Shown one piece after another: positions 36,362 through 39,182 of a DNA stretch of 39,182 bases. The DNA lies in the sequence record SRR31156797_5111. One strand, given 5' to 3'. Position 1 is the first letter of the stretch; every line of letters starts with the position of its first letter. Under the pieces are notes generated by a model. It worked only from the letters and a program-made list of their open reading frames with translations, did not search any database and had not been told where the DNA came from. Made by a program: the position numbers and the translations under genes.

Positions 36362-36521
36362 AACCCAGTCTGTAGTTGGATGGAATTTTTGTTGGTTGGA
36401 TGGACAGTATCTTTCACAGTTTTGAAAAGTTAACAAGCTCCAGTTTTTTACAAAAAAAGACAAAGTACGAAAACACCCGTACTTTGTCTACTGTCTGAAA
36501 CGCTGGGACAAGTTCCAGCGT

Positions 36522-37049
36522 TTATTTTTCTTTTAGAAAGATTTTTTTGATGATCAATTTATCAAATAATTGCGTTTGATTGTCTTGTTCCCCAATGACT
36601 TCAGCAGTCACTGATTTGCCGTCTTGTTTTTTGCGCAACTGATAAACAATCTTACCTGTTTCTTTCAATTCGTTCACCATGTCGACGACACCGCCAAAAC
36701 CTGTTTTACGAGTGATGAAGCCTAACGCCACCATCCGCTCATCTAAATTTTTTGCCGAGATGCTGGCACCGGTGATCAGTGCTTGCCGCATGATTTGTAA
36801 GAATTCTTCTAGCCCTGCCACTGGCGGCTGTTCAGGCTCTTCTTCCATCAGCGGTCGCTGACGCAAATAATCTAATTCCTGCAATAACGTTTCGTACTGC
36901 TCTTGTGTCAACATGACCCCCGCCACTTTTTCACGATTGAATACATATACTGCTGTTCCTGCTTCTCGCGCTTGATTAAATACATCCATCGGAGATTTTT
37001 TTACTTCAGTAATTGAAGTAGTGGGAACATCCAACTTCTTCAGTTCCAT
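36522..37049 (-). CDS. Phd/YefM-like antitoxin domain fused to an unknown C-terminal domain
   Basis: TTSITEVKKSPMDVF...VYVFNREKVAGVMLTQEQYETL; SD AGGAGG; TGcTATAAT promoter. Confidence 0.75.
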   Translation of the reverse strand: MELKKLDVPTTSITEVKKSPMDVFNQAREAGTAVYVFNREKVAGVMLTQEQYETLLQELDYLRQRPLMEEEPEQPPVAGLEEFLQIMRQALITGASISAKNLDERMVALGFITRKTGFGGVVDMVNELKETGKIVYQLRKKQDGKSVTAEVIGEQDNQTQLFDKLIIKKIFLKEK

Positions 37050-37150
37050 AATCAACGTCCTCCTTGTCTCAACGAACACATTATAGCATAAATCCAGAAG
37101 CAGATTATAGAGGTATTTCACTGCTCCTAGGAAAAGAAACAAAAAAGCGG

Positions 37151-39182
37151 CTAATCGCCGCTTTTTTCGATTGATAAGGTCATTGCATTGATGGCAACGA
37201 TGATCGTACTCATAGACATCAAGACAGCTCCGACTGCTGGGTTCAAAATGATCCCGATTGGTGCGAGCACGCCAGCTGCCAAAGGAATAGCAAAAATATT
37301 GTATCCTGCGCCCCACCAGAGATTTTGAATCATCTTGCGCCTTGTTTTTTTCGCCAAAGTCAAGAAGTGCAAGATGTCTTGAGGTTCGCTATTCGTCAAA
37401 ACGACATCGGCTGAATCGATCGCTACATCGGTTCCAGCTCCGATCGCAATCCCGATCGTCGCTCTTGCAAGACTTGGGGCGTCATTGATCCCATCGCCTA
37501 CCATTACGACGCGCTTGCCCTCTTTGACATAGTCACTGACTAGACGTTCTTTATCGTCTGGTAACATTGCCGCATGGAAGTCTTCGATTCCTAGGTAATC
37601 GGCTACGGCTTGCGCCGCTTCTTGGTTGTCCCCAGTAGCCATAACTGGCGTGATGCCTAAGTCTTTCACTTTTTGAATAAATTGACTCGCTTCTGGTTTC
37701 ACCTTATCCCCTAATGCGACGATTCCTTCCACTTTGCCGTCATGAACCAAATAGCTAATGGTATTGCCCTGCTCTTGATAATTTTCCAAGGATTTCCCTT
37801 GATACTGGATGGTTAATTGCTCCAATCCTTTTTGATTGACGATCAACCACTTTTGTCCATCGATTACGCCTTCCAGACCAATACCCGTCCTTGTTTGAAC
37901 ATCATTCGCCTTTTTGGCTATGATGTTTTCCTTTTCTGCTTGGGCTAAAATACCTTCTGCGATCGGATGATTGGCGGTTTTCTCAAGACCTGCTAGGTAA
38001 GCTAGTACTTCTGATGCAGAAAGGCTGCCTGTCGCCTCGATGCCAGTTACGGTAAACGTTCCTTCTGTTAACGTACCGGTCTTATCAAGGATCAGATAAT
38101 CAACATGATGCGCATTCTCCAATGCGTTGCGATTTTTTAAGAGCAAGCCGTTTTTGGCAGCGATCGATGTTGAACGAGCCACAACGAGGGGAATCGCTAG
38201 GCCTAACGCATGGGGACAGGCAATGACGAATACCGTGACCATTCGATCAAGAGCAGTCGGTAGGTCAGCAACAAACAGCCATACAGCAAAGGCCAAAACA
38301 CCAGCAACTAAGGCGATATAGAACAACCATTTCGCCACTTTGTCCGAAAGTGCTTCTAAGCGGGATTTATCAGCTTGGGCTTTTCGTACCATTTCCATGA
38401 CTTTTGCCAAATAGCTGTCTTCGCCAGTCCCTGTGACTTCCATCGTAATGGAACCATTGCCGTTGACAGATCCTCCAATGACAGTACTGCCGATGGTTTT
38501 AGGTACCCGTCTGGATTCACCGGTAACTGCCGACTCATCGATCGTTGTTTCCCCTTCAAGAATCGTTCCGTCTGTAGGAATCTTATCTCCTGAGCGAACG
38601 ATCAGCTGTGTTTTGTTGGTCACTTCTTCTAATGGAATCTGTTCTTCTGATCCATCTGCATTTTTCCGAATCACTTCTTTTGGCAACAGTTCTGCTAATT
38701 TCTGTAATGCATTGCCGGCATTAGAAACGGCATTCATCTCGATCCAATGCCCCAACAACATGATCACGATCAGAGTCGCTAGTTCCCAGAAGAAATCCAT
38801 TACATGAGGAACAGCAAGAAAATGATTAGCGATAAACGCGTAAAGACTATAAAAATAAGAAACCGTAATCCCCATAGCAATCAAAGTCATCATGGCTGGG
38901 CTTTTTTGTTTCAATTCCATTTTTGCACCACTTAAAAACGGTTGCCCCCCATAGAAAAACAGGATCGTTCCTAAAATCAATACAACCCAATCTGAGCCGG
39001 GAAACGTGAACTGAAAGGGCAATTCGATACCCATCATTGGTGATAAAATGACGATTGGAATCGCCAAAACCAAGGATAGCCAAAACTTTTGCTTAAAATT
39101 TCCCATATGCATACTATGATCCATACCAGACATCTCATGATCCATATGACTGTGATCCATGCCAGACATCTCATGATCCATG
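37151..39182 (-). CDS. copB: Copper-transporting P1B-3 ATPase CopB; 5' end lies beyond the window
   Basis: CPH motif, DKTGTLT, TGES, GDGINDAP, His/Met-rich N-terminus. Confidence 0.93.
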   Translation of the reverse strand, partial: MDHEMSGMDHSHMDHEMSGMDHSMHMGNFKQKFWLSLVLAIPIVILSPMMGIELPFQFTFPGSDWVVLILGTILFFYGGQPFLSGAKMELKQKSPAMMTLIAMGITVSYFYSLYAFIANHFLAVPHVMDFFWELATLIVIMLLGHWIEMNAVSNAGNALQKLAELLPKEVIRKNADGSEEQIPLEEVTNKTQLIVRSGDKIPTDGTILEGETTIDESAVTGESRRVPKTIGSTVIGGSVNGNGSITMEVTGTGEDSYLAKVMEMVRKAQADKSRLEALSDKVAKWLFYIALVAGVLAFAVWLFVADLPTALDRMVTVFVIACPHALGLAIPLVVARSTSIAAKNGLLLKNRNALENAHHVDYLILDKTGTLTEGTFTVTGIEATGSLSASEVLAYLAGLEKTANHPIAEGILAQAEKENIIAKKANDVQTRTGIGLEGVIDGQKWLIVNQKGLEQLTIQYQGKSLENYQEQGNTISYLVHDGKVEGIVALGDKVKPEASQFIQKVKDLGITPVMATGDNQEAAQAVADYLGIEDFHAAMLPDDKERLVSDYVKEGKRVVMVGDGINDAPSLARATIGIAIGAGTDVAIDSADVVLTNSEPQDILHFLTLAKKTRRKMIQNLWWGAGYNIFAIPLAAGVLAPIGIILNPAVGAVLMSMSTIIVAINAMTLSIEKSGD
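39112..39182 (-). repeat. 36-bp coding tandem repeat (MDHEMSGMDHSH)
   Basis: About two units visible at the window edge. Confidence 0.8.

Noticed and set aside
36375-36404. Short GTTGGATGGA duplication
   Set aside because: Only two 10-bp copies in a convergent intergenic gap, with no supporting context
5934-37316. N-terminal extensions in the ORF track (GntR 5934, GAF 14572, Rrf2 15843, rplS 19638, lipoprotein 22216, ylxM 30017, DUF2087 35576, Phd-like 37316)
   Set aside because: Better SD-associated downstream starts match the family N-termini
235-39083. Numerous 60-140 aa antisense or overlapping ORFs in the track
   Set aside because: Shadow frames of well-supported genes, with no RBS or recognisable motifs

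Overview
A 39 kb chromosomal segment of a low-GC Firmicute. The gene content and order point to Enterococcus; a casseliflavus/gallinarum-like species is my inference. The window opens at the 3' end of tmRNA (ssrA), followed by about 1 kb that looks like a remnant of an integrative element (paired 18-bp repeats, an Xre repressor, a divergent ORF, no integrase). Next come an ACT-domain protein, an orphan mandelate-racemase-family enzyme, a GntR/PTS-IIC/GH1 beta-glucoside unit and a probable murein-peptide recycling unit (OppA, Ala-Glu epimerase, NlpC/P60, SxxK hydrolase). Then a Fur-boxed HmoA-like monooxygenase, redox/stress genes (fRMsr-GAF, YwnA/YwnB, VOC) and adhP with a pseudo-receiver AraC regulator. 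The ylxM-ffh / rpsP-khpA / rimM-trmD-rplS cluster is split by inserted genes, including a YtrA-type ABC operon. The window ends with phoPR, an orphan pstS, an aminotransferase, a DUF2087 regulator, an orphan Phd/YefM-like fusion protein and a truncated copB. The most unexpected signal is a 62-nt structured non-coding element present twice (1626-1687 and 11955-12016). Each copy has its own minus-strand sigma-A promoter and downstream terminator and displays a GGGG loop, making it a candidate unannotated multicopy G-rich sRNA or sponge family. No CRISPR array, IS element or intact prophage was seen. All calls are by eye, with no database searches.
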